From an uncultured delta proteobacterium (GTDB lineage: Bacteria; Desulfobacterota; Desulfobacteria; Desulfobacterales; JAHEIW01): a stretch of 64,000 nucleotides of DNA. Positions within the stretch are counted from its first letter, which is position 1. The number at the start of each line of letters is the position of its first letter. The notes beneath the pieces are model-generated. The model made no database searches. It worked only from the letters and a program-made list of their open reading frames with translations, and was not told where the DNA came from. Below are positions 32,091 through 42,063 of the stretch, one piece after another. The DNA lies in the NCBI GenBank assembly GCA_963706575.1, contig CAVPNL010000006.1, positions 480,001 to 544,000 of the forward strand, in the 5' to 3' direction. Both the position numbers and the translations under genes were made by a program.

Positions 32091-33296
32091 CTAACCTGCA
32101 AAGGCCGATGCGACCCATGCGACCAGCGCCGCTAACAGGGCCGCCGCCTGCAACGGTATGGCTTTACGCATTTCTTTTTCGACCCCCGAAGGTGAAGTAA
32201 AAGGCGTTGATCCGGTAAAATTCATTGCCAGGTAAGAACTGACGGCCGTCGTCCAAAGTATCAGCGCCAAGGCGCCTAAAAGCTGCAAATCGCTTCGAAA
32301 CAGCGCTATAATTCCGGCTGCGCCCAAAACACCGATGATGGCCCCTTTCAGTGCAAAGGATCGTCCCGGTATCCAGGGCAAAAGCGCCGGGGTGGCGACC
32401 GCCCCGGCCAGGATTCCGGCCGCATAGGCGACTGTCAGCATGATCCCTCTGAGCCATGCGGCTGAAAAGGAAAAAACATGGGGTCCGATCCCGGAAATCA
32501 GAAATGCTGCCAGAAGAACCCACAACGACGGCTTCGGCAAGTGGGCACAGTTCCACCGGTGTCAAGGATGACCCGATCGATGGTATTGAAAGTGACCTTG
32601 CGCATGGATGATTCAGATTTAAATCCATTGTTTAAAAAGTTCGGAAGATCTTTGCTGCGCACCGGCCCATAAATTACTTTAAAGCCACTTTGTTTTTTGA
32701 CGTCATGCGCGGCAACGCCAGTGGCCGCCAGTTGCGGCAGAATCAGCCGGCTGTGGGTTACCACTTTTTTAACTTCCGAGCGGTTTACCCGGCGAACGAC
32801 TTCTTCGGTTGAAAAAAAATTTTTTCCGGCCGCACACCACACATTGATACCACGGGTGTCCAGAACCAGGATCCAGGCATTTATGGATGTGAGCGCCTTG
32901 CGCAAATGATCAAATGTCAGTTTATAGTTTGCAGTGACCAGAATCGGTGCCTGGGAATCCGGCGCTCCCGACACAATACAGACCCGGTGCAATTTTATAT
33001 TGGCTACGGTTAATTCCCAGCCGCGCTCTGATCGTACCGGCATGATCCGGCCATTGCAGGGCTGTTTTTACGCGCGGTACCGGCCCGGCCGGCGTCTGGA
33101 CAAACTCCTCTACGAAATCAAGCAAGGCAAAGCCCGGTTTCTCAAACGGGCTGCTTGGCGGTCCCGCGGGCGCCCCACAACACGCCTCATCCTGCTGAGC
33201 GGTCTCGGTTAAGGGCCCGGGAGCGATGCTGATCCCCATCGGCTGACCGTTCTGCTTTTCACAGCAGTTTGTATTTTGCGGGAATTTTTTCTTCAT
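32091..33296 (-). CDS. hgcA: Mercury methylation corrinoid protein HgcA (frameshifted in this sequence)
   Basis: TANYKLTFD, cap-helix GINVWCAAGK, LILPQLAATGV, TM region ending NFTGSTPFTSPSGVEKEM; frame breaks near 32970 and 32550. Confidence 0.92.
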
Positions 33297-33319
33297 TTCA
33301 TCAATTCGGCATCCAAGTT

Positions 33320-33337
33320 TATCGTAAATATACGATA
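33320..33337. promoter_or_regulatory. Palindromic operator upstream of hgcA
   Basis: TATCGTA-AATA-TACGATA (7-4-7) about 25 nt upstream of the hgcA ATG; TTGACC -35-like box further upstream on the minus strand. Confidence 0.6.
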
Positions 33338-33433
33338 TACAATCTGGCTGCTGGCGGTCAAGTGCAAATCCATGATCCAGGGATAACCATTTGGGATGTG
33401 GCAAACGGTGGGACTGTTTCACGGTCATATCCG

Positions 33434-33661
33434 TTACGAAGACAAAATATTTTTGGTTCGTTGCGCAACCAGTGCACATTCCCTGCTGCGTTTCGCACCT
33501 AAAAACGCGATGGCTAAAACCAATACCGGAATGGCGACAAACAATCCGAGGACCGGGATTATCGTAAAACTGACAATCGTTAGGGCCAAGCCCAGAAAAA
33601 GTAAAAACAGGCCAACAGCAAAATCAGAGAATCTTTCAAAATAACAGCTTATGCGATTCAT
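33434..33661 (-). CDS. Small hypothetical membrane protein (2 TM)
   Basis: MNRISCYFERFSDFAVGLFLL...SRECALV; start uncertain. Confidence 0.6.
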   Translation of the reverse strand: MNRISCYFERFSDFAVGLFLLFLGLALTIVSFTIIPVLGLFVAIPVLVLAIAFLGAKRSRECALVAQRTKNILSS

Positions 33662-33721
33662 AATGGCACCCCTTATAGGAAACAATCTTGAACTTCGATT
33701 GTCGCTCAATTTAGCTCTAAG

Positions 33722-33907
33722 TTAGTCTTTAATTGATTTTTCACAGTGACAGGAATTTTGGCTGAGGCATACCCTGCAGCGGTCATCGCTGCAAAGCTGG
33801 CATGAATAGCAGTCTTTACAGGAATGTTTTCGGGCCCCCTCTTTTGGCGGGTCGGGGACATAAACTTTTCCCTTTAATCCGCGAACGATGGTAAATGGCA
33901 TCGCCAT
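33722..33907 (-). CDS. Small Cys-rich hypothetical protein
   Basis: 61 aa with CKDCYSCQLCSDDRCRVC..CHC; RBS AAGGGG. Confidence 0.65.
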   Translation of the reverse strand: MAMPFTIVRGLKGKVYVPDPPKEGARKHSCKDCYSCQLCSDDRCRVCLSQNSCHCEKSIKD

Positions 33908-34065
33908 ACCCCTTGGCCGGTGTAAATTTTAACATGAAAATGCTGCGATTCTTCAATCTTAAGATAAGAATGGAATCGGCGGATTCAAGCGGTCGGATAC
34001 TCTTAGAACCGAGCCGGTTAATCGCTGTTTAAGGCGGGATATTTATCTGTTATATAGATCGTTTC

Positions 34066-34164
34066 GGTTAAATGGTTAAATCGTTGAATGGTCAATTCGT
34101 TAGCGGACATTATTCCTTTTTGACTATTTAACGAATCGACCAATTGACGATTCGACTATTTAAC
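34066..34164. repeat. Inverted tandem-repeat element, 8-bp unit (GGTTAAAT / ATTnGACnA)
   Basis: ggttaaat-ggttaaat-cgttgaat-ggtcaatt-cgtta ... ttgacta-tttaacga-atcgacca-attgacga-ttcgacta-tttaac; contains the glycosyltransferase stop codon. Confidence 0.85.
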
Positions 34165-35529
34165 TCGGGCGCAGCTCTGGCTGTTGAAATGCTTATATCT
34201 GACCTGTTGTGAGTTAATATACAAATAGCCCCTGGATTTCGCGGGTTTTGGTTTGGCAATGAGTTGCTCCATATCATCGCCAAAAAAACTTTTCATTATC
34301 GCCGATAGCTGATTTCGCAGAATTGAATAGGAGTAGTGCCGGGCGGCTATCGCATAATTACTGCCCACCATTTTCTTTCTTCGTTTCGAAGATTCCAGAA
34401 TGTCCACAACACTTTGGACTGTTTTTTTCGAAAGAAAACCATCCATGACAGCCAGGTCAAATCCGAGTGGCTCAATATCCCGCACAAAGGTGGAATAGCG
34501 ATTGACCAGAATTGGTTTTTTGAAGTAAATCGCTTCTATAAACGCATTGCCGAATCCCTCATAAAGGCTGGGAAAGGTAATGAAATCCGCGTAGGGATAA
34601 ACATCCCACAGAGAATATCGGCTGCCGTTTTTGCCGTTTCCGTTCCACGGATCGGTAATGCGAATCGAAACCAGGCGCAAATCCACGTTATGTTCACACG
34701 CATATTCTTTTAGCCATTCCGCATATTCAAATCCTTCATCCCCGGCTTCGTGAGATATGACCAGTTTATTTTTCTTATTTTTAAGTTCCTTTACCAGTTC
34801 AATGGCGAACTCGATGCCTTTACGCTGAACAATGCGGGTGGGCTGCAAAATCATACGGTCATCCGGTTCCAGACCGATAGACTCGCGAAAGATCTCCGTT
34901 CGCTTTTTGCTCACATTGGGCGGGTTTTCAAAATCCAAAACATTTGGAATAATTGTCGAGGCAATACCGGTGCGCAGGGCCAGTTGCTCCTGGGCGGCTG
35001 AATTGATAACGACATGTCGAATATTATTCAAATTGGGCGGAAATGCCATTTGAATATAATCGTTGACGGCATTGATCGAAAAACGGACTCTTTCCCAGTA
35101 AAAATCGTGATGGTGTGCAATGGTCGGCAGTTGGGTTTCGGCAATGGTTTCGGTTAAAGCCAGACCCAGGGGGACATGCAAAGGTATCGTCAGCGCATTT
35201 TCGGCAACCAACAAATCAATTTCGAATCGCTTGATGAATTCATGGAGTTTCAATTTAAGGTCTGAACGCAGGTCATGGATGGTTTGGGTGACAGGCTGCT
35301 TGCGACCTTTCTGGCCGAAAACGCGTGCATTGATCCACTGGTTTATCTCGTGTTGGAAGTGGGCTTCGGGAACATGGAAGCTTTAATCCGGAATGCGATC
35401 CAGGGCGCCGGCAAACCAGAAACATCTGTGCCCGCTTTGCTGCAGGATATCGGCCCATTTACTGGATTCAAGGGAGACTCCGTCCGTGCCTGCAAATCGT
35501 GTTGATACAAATCCGATATTCTTATGCAT
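34156..35529 (-). CDS. GT4 family glycosyltransferase (compatible-solute synthase-like); frameshifted near 5' end
   Basis: Manual start [57 protein letters not shown]. Confidence 0.8.
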
Positions 35530-35887
35530 TCAAATAAAACCTGTGCCGCAATGTTTCAAAAGGGTAGAATGAATAACCTTATTTCAACCGGGAACCTGCT
35601 GTCGATAATCAGGCGCAAAGGTATAGAATATAATTACCATCTTACTGGAAACAACCCTGCTGCTATTTTTTAAAATTTTTTTGATTCTCAAATTTTAATT
35701 GTTTTGTAAACACTTTTAATTTGAATGCGATGAAATTTGTGGCCGATAAATGCCGGCGCGATTTGGTTATATGATACCACAGTGTTCCGCAGATATACAA
35801 TATATAGTGGTATGTCAAGCATAAATAGCCAATCGGTTGTGCTAAAGACCGACACCTTATCTGAACCCGGGATAACACAAGCGATGG

Positions 35888-36992
35888 TCAGAGCGGGCGG
35901 GCCGTGGGAGTCATCTCTTCCAGCAGGCTGCCGACAACGGTACACTGCAGACCAAAAGGAAGGTAACCGGCGTAACCGAGCAGCGGCATTTCAAAAATTT
36001 GATAGCGGTGCACGAAGGGTATACTGTATTGCCATTTGGCCAGGCTGAAAAAATTCCACATTTCCCAGAACACGCCGCAAATGACTGCGGCCATTGCAGC
36101 CGCTACTACCGCGGTCCAATTGCCAGCGACCGCACCGAATAAAATATGGCGCTCGTCCATCAGGGTCTGCAGCGATAGAATAATGAGCAATGGTGCGACC
36201 CAGAGCAGCGGGAAAAGAATGTTGGGCCAGATGCCGATGGCGGCCAGCCCGGCAGCGGATAGCATCAGTGTAAGGGTGGCTAAGGTTTTAGGGAAGGGGA
36301 TACGCAGCGGTTTTAGATGGTCGAATCGCTGTTGAAGCCACCGCGCTGAAAGCAGCCAGTCACGGAGGCCCAAAACCGCAGGCAGCACAGTGGAGAACGG
36401 CAGGGTGGCATACCAAAAATATTCCCAGGCATTAAATTGGGGACCGATATAGTACCAGTTTTGCACGAAACGGTTCAAATATTCAAAAAACCACCAGAAC
36501 GCGGCGCTGATCGGGAAAAGCAGTAGAAAAAATGCCGGTCGATCCAGCATCATGCAGTTTCCCCGTTGCCGATGAGCAAAGGGCGTTGATGACGATAATG
36601 AAGGCGAGCCACAGGGGCGTAAAGGTGTGCGGCTGGAAACCCGCCAGCCATTCGAAACGCGTCCAGGCCATCATCCAGGCCATCATTCCGATGATCAGGC
36701 CGAACCATCCCCACCAGGGAAACGAGCGTGCCGGCCGACTTTCAGGTTCAACCTTCCGGGGTTGTTTAAGGGCGTTGATGATCAGCGCTGTCAGGCAGGT
36801 GCAAATGATCAAGGTGTAAAGGATAAATACAAGCCACGAAAAGGCTTCGTGACGAACGTATCGGGTGGCGGGCGGAAATTCCAGATAGTCTGAAACAGGA
36901 TATCCGGCCATCCATACGCCGAGCAAGGGCAAGCCCAGCAGCATGACAGCCAGTATAAAAAATTTGAAAAAAAAGCGTTTGATGCCGGACAT
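35888..36992 (-). CDS. Hypothetical integral membrane protein (one frameshift)
   Basis: Overlapping hydrophobic ORFs 36483-36992 and 35888-36553; FWEMWNF..KWQY..FEMPLLGYAGYLPF. Confidence 0.7.
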
Positions 36993-37038
36993 ATCACGCT
37001 GCCTTCAGAACACAAGCTCCGATTTATATTAAAATTTT

Positions 37039-37122
37039 ACCACGAAGTTCACGAAGGCCACGAAGTAAATAATTTAAGAGACGTTTCCTCAGCCTTCGTG
37101 TATCTTCGTGTCCTTCGTGGTT
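37039..37122. repeat. Inverted tandem-repeat element, 9-bp unit (CACGAAG / CTTCGTG)
   Basis: accacgaagtt-cacgaaggc-cacgaag ... cttcgtgtat-cttcgtgtc-cttcgtggt. Confidence 0.9.
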
Positions 37123-37161
37123 AATTTAAGATTCTAGAAAAAACTCGAAAGCGGTTGATTG

Positions 37162-38142
37162 CTATGATGCTTCTGTTTGCAAGGCTTCGGGTAATTCGCA
37201 GGTCTCTGCCGATTTTCGGGCCTCCACATAGTGGGCAGCGGCCAACGCGGCCGTGGCGCCGTCCGATGCCGATATGACGATTTGCCGGAAATATTTTTGT
37301 CTGAGGTCACCGATGACGTAAATCCCGGGTGCATTGGTTTCGCACTTTTCATCGGTGACGACATATCCGTCGGCATTCATTTTGGTGCCGGCCGGAACCA
37401 ATTTATTGTTGGGTTCAAATCCGATGAAAATAAACACGCCGTCCGCTGACAGGTCGCTTTTCTCACCGCTTTGGGTATTTTGCAAATCCACTCCGCAAAC
37501 GCCGCTGTCGTCAGCTTTGATTTCGGTAACGACCGAGTTCCATAAAATCTCAATTTTGCACTCGGCCTTGACGCGTTGCTGCAAAAGCGCACCGGCCCTT
37601 AAGGCATCCCGTCGGTGGACCAGATAGACCTGTTTGGCCAGTTTGGCCAGATAGAGGGATTCTTCGGCGGCTGTATCGCCGCCGCCCACCACCACCACGG
37701 TTTTATCTCTGAAGAAAAATCCGTCACAAACCGCACAGTAAGAAACGCCTTTGCCGTATTGTTCTTCTTCCCCCGGGATATTGAGTTTACGCGGGTTACC
37801 ACCGGTAGCCAGTATAACTGCGTGGGCCTGTAATTTATCGCCGTTGGCAAACTTTACGGTATGGAAATCAAGACCGGGCGCAAGATCCACAACTTCTTGA
37901 GAGATGACTTCCAGCCCGTATGATTTGGCATGCTGAGAAAACTTTATAGCCAGATCGGAACCGCCGATGTGTTCATCACCCGGCCAGTTTTCCACCGAAT
38001 CGGAATTATTCATCTGGCCTCCGGGCAAACCCACCTCTATTAGAACCGTCTTTAATGCAGCGCGCATAGCATAAATACCGGCGGTCAGACCGCCAGGCCC
38101 ACCGCCGATAATAATCAAATCATAAACCTCATTGCCCGACAT
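37162..38142 (-). CDS. trxB: Thioredoxin-disulfide reductase
   Basis: GGGPGG, GVSYCAVCDG, GGGDTA, VHRRD. Confidence 0.95.
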   Translation of the reverse strand: MSGNEVYDLIIIGGGPGGLTAGIYAMRAALKTVLIEVGLPGGQMNNSDSVENWPGDEHIGGSDLAIKFSQHAKSYGLEVISQEVVDLAPGLDFHTVKFANGDKLQAHAVILATGGNPRKLNIPGEEEQYGKGVSYCAVCDGFFFRDKTVVVVGGGDTAAEESLYLAKLAKQVYLVHRRDALRAGALLQQRVKAECKIEILWNSVVTEIKADDSGVCGVDLQNTQSGEKSDLSADGVFIFIGFEPNNKLVPAGTKMNADGYVVTDEKCETNAPGIYVIGDLRQKYFRQIVISASDGATAALAAAHYVEARKSAETCELPEALQTEAS

Positions 38143-38284
38143 ACAGCGCCTCCTTTTGTTTAGTAAGGATTTTATTCATCGACAAACCGTCTTCTAATAT
38201 AAGATCCGTAAACTCCAGTTACAAGAATAAAATCCCAGTTGGGTCTTTACTGCATCGATGGTTATTTGTTATCTGTTATGCGTT

Positions 38285-38935
38285 ATGTTTTCAATCGAAC
38301 AATTTTATCAGGCATATGAAACCGAAGCGGCTGAGGTCGCAATTAACGGCAAGAAATTTAGTATTCTGCTCCCCAAGTATTTGGACCGGTTTATCAATCC
38401 CAATGATGTGCTCCACGATTTTCCTTTATGGGCCAAGATCTGGAAAGCATCCTGGGTGCTATCCGGCTATCTTGCCGATTTACCGCCGGATGTCAACAAA
38501 CGTCTCTTAGAAATCGGTGGCGGTGTCGGATTTGTGAGCATTGTCGCAGCGACTTTCGGGCACCAAATTACGATGACCGAATATAATCCGGATGCCTTAA
38601 ATTTTGCCCGCGCCAATGCCTGCCTGAATAGTTGCCCGGATTTGCCAATCAAAAAGCTGGACTGGAATCATTCTCGGCTAAAGGATCAATATGACATGAT
38701 TGTGGCTGCTGAAGTTACCTATAAAGAAGAGAATTTTTTTCCTTTGATTCGACTTTTCAAATCGAACTTAAAGCCCGGGGGCGAAATCATAATCGCTTCG
38801 GAGATCAGAGAAAGCGGCAAAGATCTTTTTCGTCTTTTTAAATCCGATTTTGACATCACCGTGGCAAAGAAAACCTTGCGTTCAGAAAGGGTCGCCATAC
38901 CCATTGTTTTATTGAAAATGCGTAAAAAAGATTGA
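38285..38935 (+). CDS. Lysine methyltransferase-like SAM-dependent methyltransferase
   Basis: PLWAKIW..S, LLEIGGGVG, LDW, AAEVTY; start may be 38258 or 38285. Confidence 0.8.
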   Translation: MFSIEQFYQAYETEAAEVAINGKKFSILLPKYLDRFINPNDVLHDFPLWAKIWKASWVLSGYLADLPPDVNKRLLEIGGGVGFVSIVAATFGHQITMTEYNPDALNFARANACLNSCPDLPIKKLDWNHSRLKDQYDMIVAAEVTYKEENFFPLIRLFKSNLKPGGEIIIASEIRESGKDLFRLFKSDFDITVAKKTLRSERVAIPIVLLKMRKKD

Positions 38936-39032
38936 GCCCGCTACTTGTTGAGCCCGATGAAAGCCGAAGAACATTTAATTTTTATACCGTTTAACGGCTA
39001 ACGGGTAACGGGCGCAACAGGCGAACCGAACG
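38932..39032. repeat. Degenerate inverted tandem-repeat element (TTGAGCCCG / AACGGG)
   Basis: ttgagcccg..gttgagcccg ... aacggct-aacgggt-aacgggcgc-aacaggcg; the first unit contains the host TGA. Confidence 0.6.
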
Positions 39033-39210
39033 TCGTTTAATAAAATTGCATTTTGGCTCAAATTTGCCTATATTTAAATATAGAACGCTTCGCTCACCAT
39101 AATGCGGCGATGCATTGTTGGCCCTCCATCACGCAAACACAACTGAGGATCGGGTTGACTTCAGTCAATACGAATTATGTGGGGTAATCATTTGATATTG
39201 GAGCATAGAA

Positions 39211-39639
39211 ATGACTTTAAAATCATTTAGCGGCAAAGAACGCAGAGCATATGTCAGACTCGAAAGATCTTTACCGGTGCGAATCAAGATTTCTGCAAAT
39301 CAAATGAACAAAACCTATACGGCAACGACGAAAAATATAAGTCAGGGTGGGCTCTGTCTCGAAATTTACCAGGATACCCAACAACTGATTGAGAATTTGG
39401 CTACTGCCGATTTTAAAGTCGGCATTGATCTTGACATCCTGATACCCAAACCCCATTCGGCAGCTTCTACAACGCCTGACTGGATCAGCAGCCGGGTGGA
39501 TTGGTCGCGAAAACCGACTGCGAAAAATCCGGCGATGCTGATAGGACTTGAATTTGAAGGTTTAACCGACGAGGCCCGCAAACGGATCCACGGCTATATT
39601 GTTGAAGAATTTGTGAAGCGTTATGAGGAGCCTGATTAG
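39211..39639 (+). CDS. PilZ domain protein
   Basis: ERRAYVR (RxxxR), NISQGG, IGLEF. Confidence 0.85.
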   Translation: MTLKSFSGKERRAYVRLERSLPVRIKISANQMNKTYTATTKNISQGGLCLEIYQDTQQLIENLATADFKVGIDLDILIPKPHSAASTTPDWISSRVDWSRKPTAKNPAMLIGLEFEGLTDEARKRIHGYIVEEFVKRYEEPD

Positions 39640-39685
39640 AAAAAAAAGAGAGCGGCCGTTTGTTCATCATCGACCGTCTCTCTTT
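39640..39685. terminator. Putative bidirectional terminator
   Basis: aaagagag-cgg ... ccg-t-ctctcttt flanked by A/T runs between convergent genes. Confidence 0.5.
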
Positions 39686-39767
39686 GTATTTCAATAATAA
39701 GAATGAGGTTTTGCCAGTTAGCCGTTTACCATTGACCGGCCACTCCTTTGCACAGCAATACACGTTC

Positions 39768-40508
39768 CTATTCTATCTTATCCACCAGGCCCCAATCCAT
39801 AGCCTTTTCAGCGCTAAACCAGGTGGTTTTCTTCTCGAGCTCTTCCCACTTGTTTTTATCTAACCTGGAATTGGCAGTCAGCTTTCCAATATATCGTTCC
39901 CGCAATAGATGCATCAAATCGTTTTGAGAACGGATATCCGATGCGGTCTCACGTCCCGGCCACTTCCAGAGTGCGGCTTCATGAACCATGAAAATCGTGC
40001 CCGGGGCCGCAAAACGCTCGTTGCAGACCGCAAAAACCGGAACAGCCGCACTGGCGATGATTCCGGAGGCGTGAGCGGTGATGCGGAATCCCTTTCGCCG
40101 GGCGCGTTCGATTTGATCGGCCAGCGCCAGGCCCGAAAAGGCGTCCCCACCGGGTGAATTAATAAACAGACTGACATCCCGGATTTTGGTGTTGTTTTCT
40201 AAGACAACCAGATCATTCCAGAGTCGGGTCACATCAGAAACCGACAGGCCGGAAAAGATCTTAACAAAGGCTCTTTCTTTTGAAATGAAAGAGAGCTGCG
40301 AAAGATGACCTTCCTGATTGGGAACTTCCATGGATCTGTTAATCCGATCCGACTCATCTTTGTCGACAACTTTGACTTTGGTCGGGTCCGCGGCCTGGAC
40401 TTTTACGATGACCTCCTGGGCTTGGGGCGGAGCTTGTCCATTCGGCATGGTGGCACAACCGATAAAAAAAAGGCCAGAAACTGCAACGAGTATCAAACGT
40501 TTTAACAT
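39768..40508 (-). CDS. ClpP-family peptidase with lipoprotein signal
   Basis: Signal with lipobox FFIGC; FINSPGG, IASAA (Ser), FMVH (His), WFSAEKAMDWGLVDKI. Confidence 0.85.
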   Translation of the reverse strand: MLKRLILVAVSGLFFIGCATMPNGQAPPQAQEVIVKVQAADPTKVKVVDKDESDRINRSMEVPNQEGHLSQLSFISKERAFVKIFSGLSVSDVTRLWNDLVVLENNTKIRDVSLFINSPGGDAFSGLALADQIERARRKGFRITAHASGIIASAAVPVFAVCNERFAAPGTIFMVHEAALWKWPGRETASDIRSQNDLMHLLRERYIGKLTANSRLDKNKWEELEKKTTWFSAEKAMDWGLVDKIE

Positions 40509-40556
40509 GGCAAAACCTCCTCATATTTTTATTCATTTTAGGGCATTGATAATTAA

Positions 40557-40573
40557 AGCAAGATTTATACCAA
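40557..40573 (-). promoter_or_regulatory. Putative sigma-54 promoter for the ClpP-like lipoprotein gene
   Basis: Minus strand TTGGTATAAATCTTGCT, GG-N10-GC, about 50 nt upstream of the ATG. Confidence 0.6.
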
Positions 40574-40854
40574 AATAAAGCGCCGGTGGGATTATAAAGA
40601 TTTGTTTTAATATCAATTGGTTAGAAAAAAAATGGATTTTGGACTGCCAGACAGCTGCCGAGAAATTTTTTCCGGAGTCACGGATTTGACATGATAGGGT
40701 TCATATCGCCTGCAAGTTTAAAGATCAGCCCGCACCGGCTTAAGCGGGAGGTTAATCTGACGAAAATATCATTTAAATTTCAAGTCTTTAAGAAACCAAC
40801 CGATATTAACTTTAATGAACCGAAATTGATCATTTTGGGAAGAGGAAGCAACTG

Positions 40855-42063
40855 GTGGCAACGAAAGAATATGAGCGCAGCGTTTCAGGTCCAAATACGG
40901 ATGTCTGGATCATATCCGGAGGCAGGCATTCGCAAATTGGTCTGAGCGCAATCGAAGGTGCTAATAAGAATGAACAGGTAAAAGCGGTGAAGGAATATCG
41001 AATCTCAGATATCGCCTATTACTTGCTGAATCCGAAACCCATCGAAGTTGATAAGCGGCTAATCGGTTGTGAAATTCATTATCAACAGCGGCTGGCGGCT
41101 AAAATTATTGAAAAGATAAAGGGTCTTTTTCCCCGCAAACTGCGCCATAGATGGAATGGCCATATGATTCCGCCGGAGATTCTTTTATCGCATTGTAAGG
41201 TAGAGATGCCCCCGCTGAAAGATAAGGCGCTCGAGAATCATTTATACAGTATTTATGAGTACTTGCGCTCATATGATTCTATTTCCAAGCGCTTGCCGCA
41301 GCTCGATCCCGATCATATCGCGCATGTCATCGGCATCTGCAAAGATATTGGCGGCAGTTTGACCTATTTAAAGCTTCAAGGCAGCAGTGAAGACAAATTA
41401 AAATACATGCAAAATTATATTTCAAAAGACGTGGGTGTTCTGCTTCGCAAAGCATATATCGGTGACGGCCTGTTTGAGATGCGGGGGTTTGATTCTGCAG
41501 TCTATGATTCCAATCATGCCCATCGACTCATTGTCTATCAAAAAAACGGGAAACCCAGATGCTGTGTTTTGAATTCAAAAAATGCGGTTGAATATAGCCT
41601 GGAAGATTTAAATCTGTTGAAATTGTTGCTTTTGCTGCAACAGGCGCTGGCGGATGATTTGAAATTAAAGAAAGCCCTTGGCTATTGCATCCGCGGAGAG
41701 GCAAAGCCTGTAAAATTATTCTTTAACCGACAGCTCGAAGTGGATTATTCCAAGTCCATCTTTCCCCCGGTTTACCGTGACATATTAAAGGAGAAAAAGA
41801 CCAATTCAAACCAGCAAAATCTGATCAGACCCGCCTTAAATTATTTGCAGATTGGAATTTCTTTTAATTATATACCGCAGGCAGACATGGCGGCAGACAA
41901 CATGATCACGCTGATTTCAGTGCTTCACGATTTAAGAGCGTTGGAATTACTCCGGAAAAATTTGCCCCAGGTCTACAATGAAATTGAAAAGCGGGTGGGT
42001 GTTTCTGAAGCCGGCAGGTTTTACCTTTTGGATTCAATAGAAGGTTGCAGCAATGATGAGTGA
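40855..42063 (+). CDS. Hypothetical protein, translationally coupled to Lon-like protease
   Basis: 402 aa ORF, GTG start after GAGG, overlaps the next start; no motif recognised. Confidence 0.8.
   Translation: MATKEYERSVSGPNTDVWIISGGRHSQIGLSAIEGANKNEQVKAVKEYRISDIAYYLLNPKPIEVDKRLIGCEIHYQQRLAAKIIEKIKGLFPRKLRHRWNGHMIPPEILLSHCKVEMPPLKDKALENHLYSIYEYLRSYDSISKRLPQLDPDHIAHVIGICKDIGGSLTYLKLQGSSEDKLKYMQNYISKDVGVLLRKAYIGDGLFEMRGFDSAVYDSNHAHRLIVYQKNGKPRCCVLNSKNAVEYSLEDLNLLKLLLLLQQALADDLKLKKALGYCIRGEAKPVKLFFNRQLEVDYSKSIFPPVYRDILKEKKTNSNQQNLIRPALNYLQIGISFNYIPQADMAADNMITLISVLHDLRALELLRKNLPQVYNEIEKRVGVSEAGRFYLLDSIEGCSNDE

Noticed and set aside
32498..33479. Programmed frameshift or selenocysteine recoding in hgcA
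   Set aside because: No in-frame TGA at the Cys positions, and similar indels affect many neighbouring genes, which points to sequence error.
39711..39745. Weak 7-bp periodic tract (ttgccag-ttagccg-tttacca-ttgaccg)
   Set aside because: Too degenerate and no inverted partner, so it was not counted as an element.
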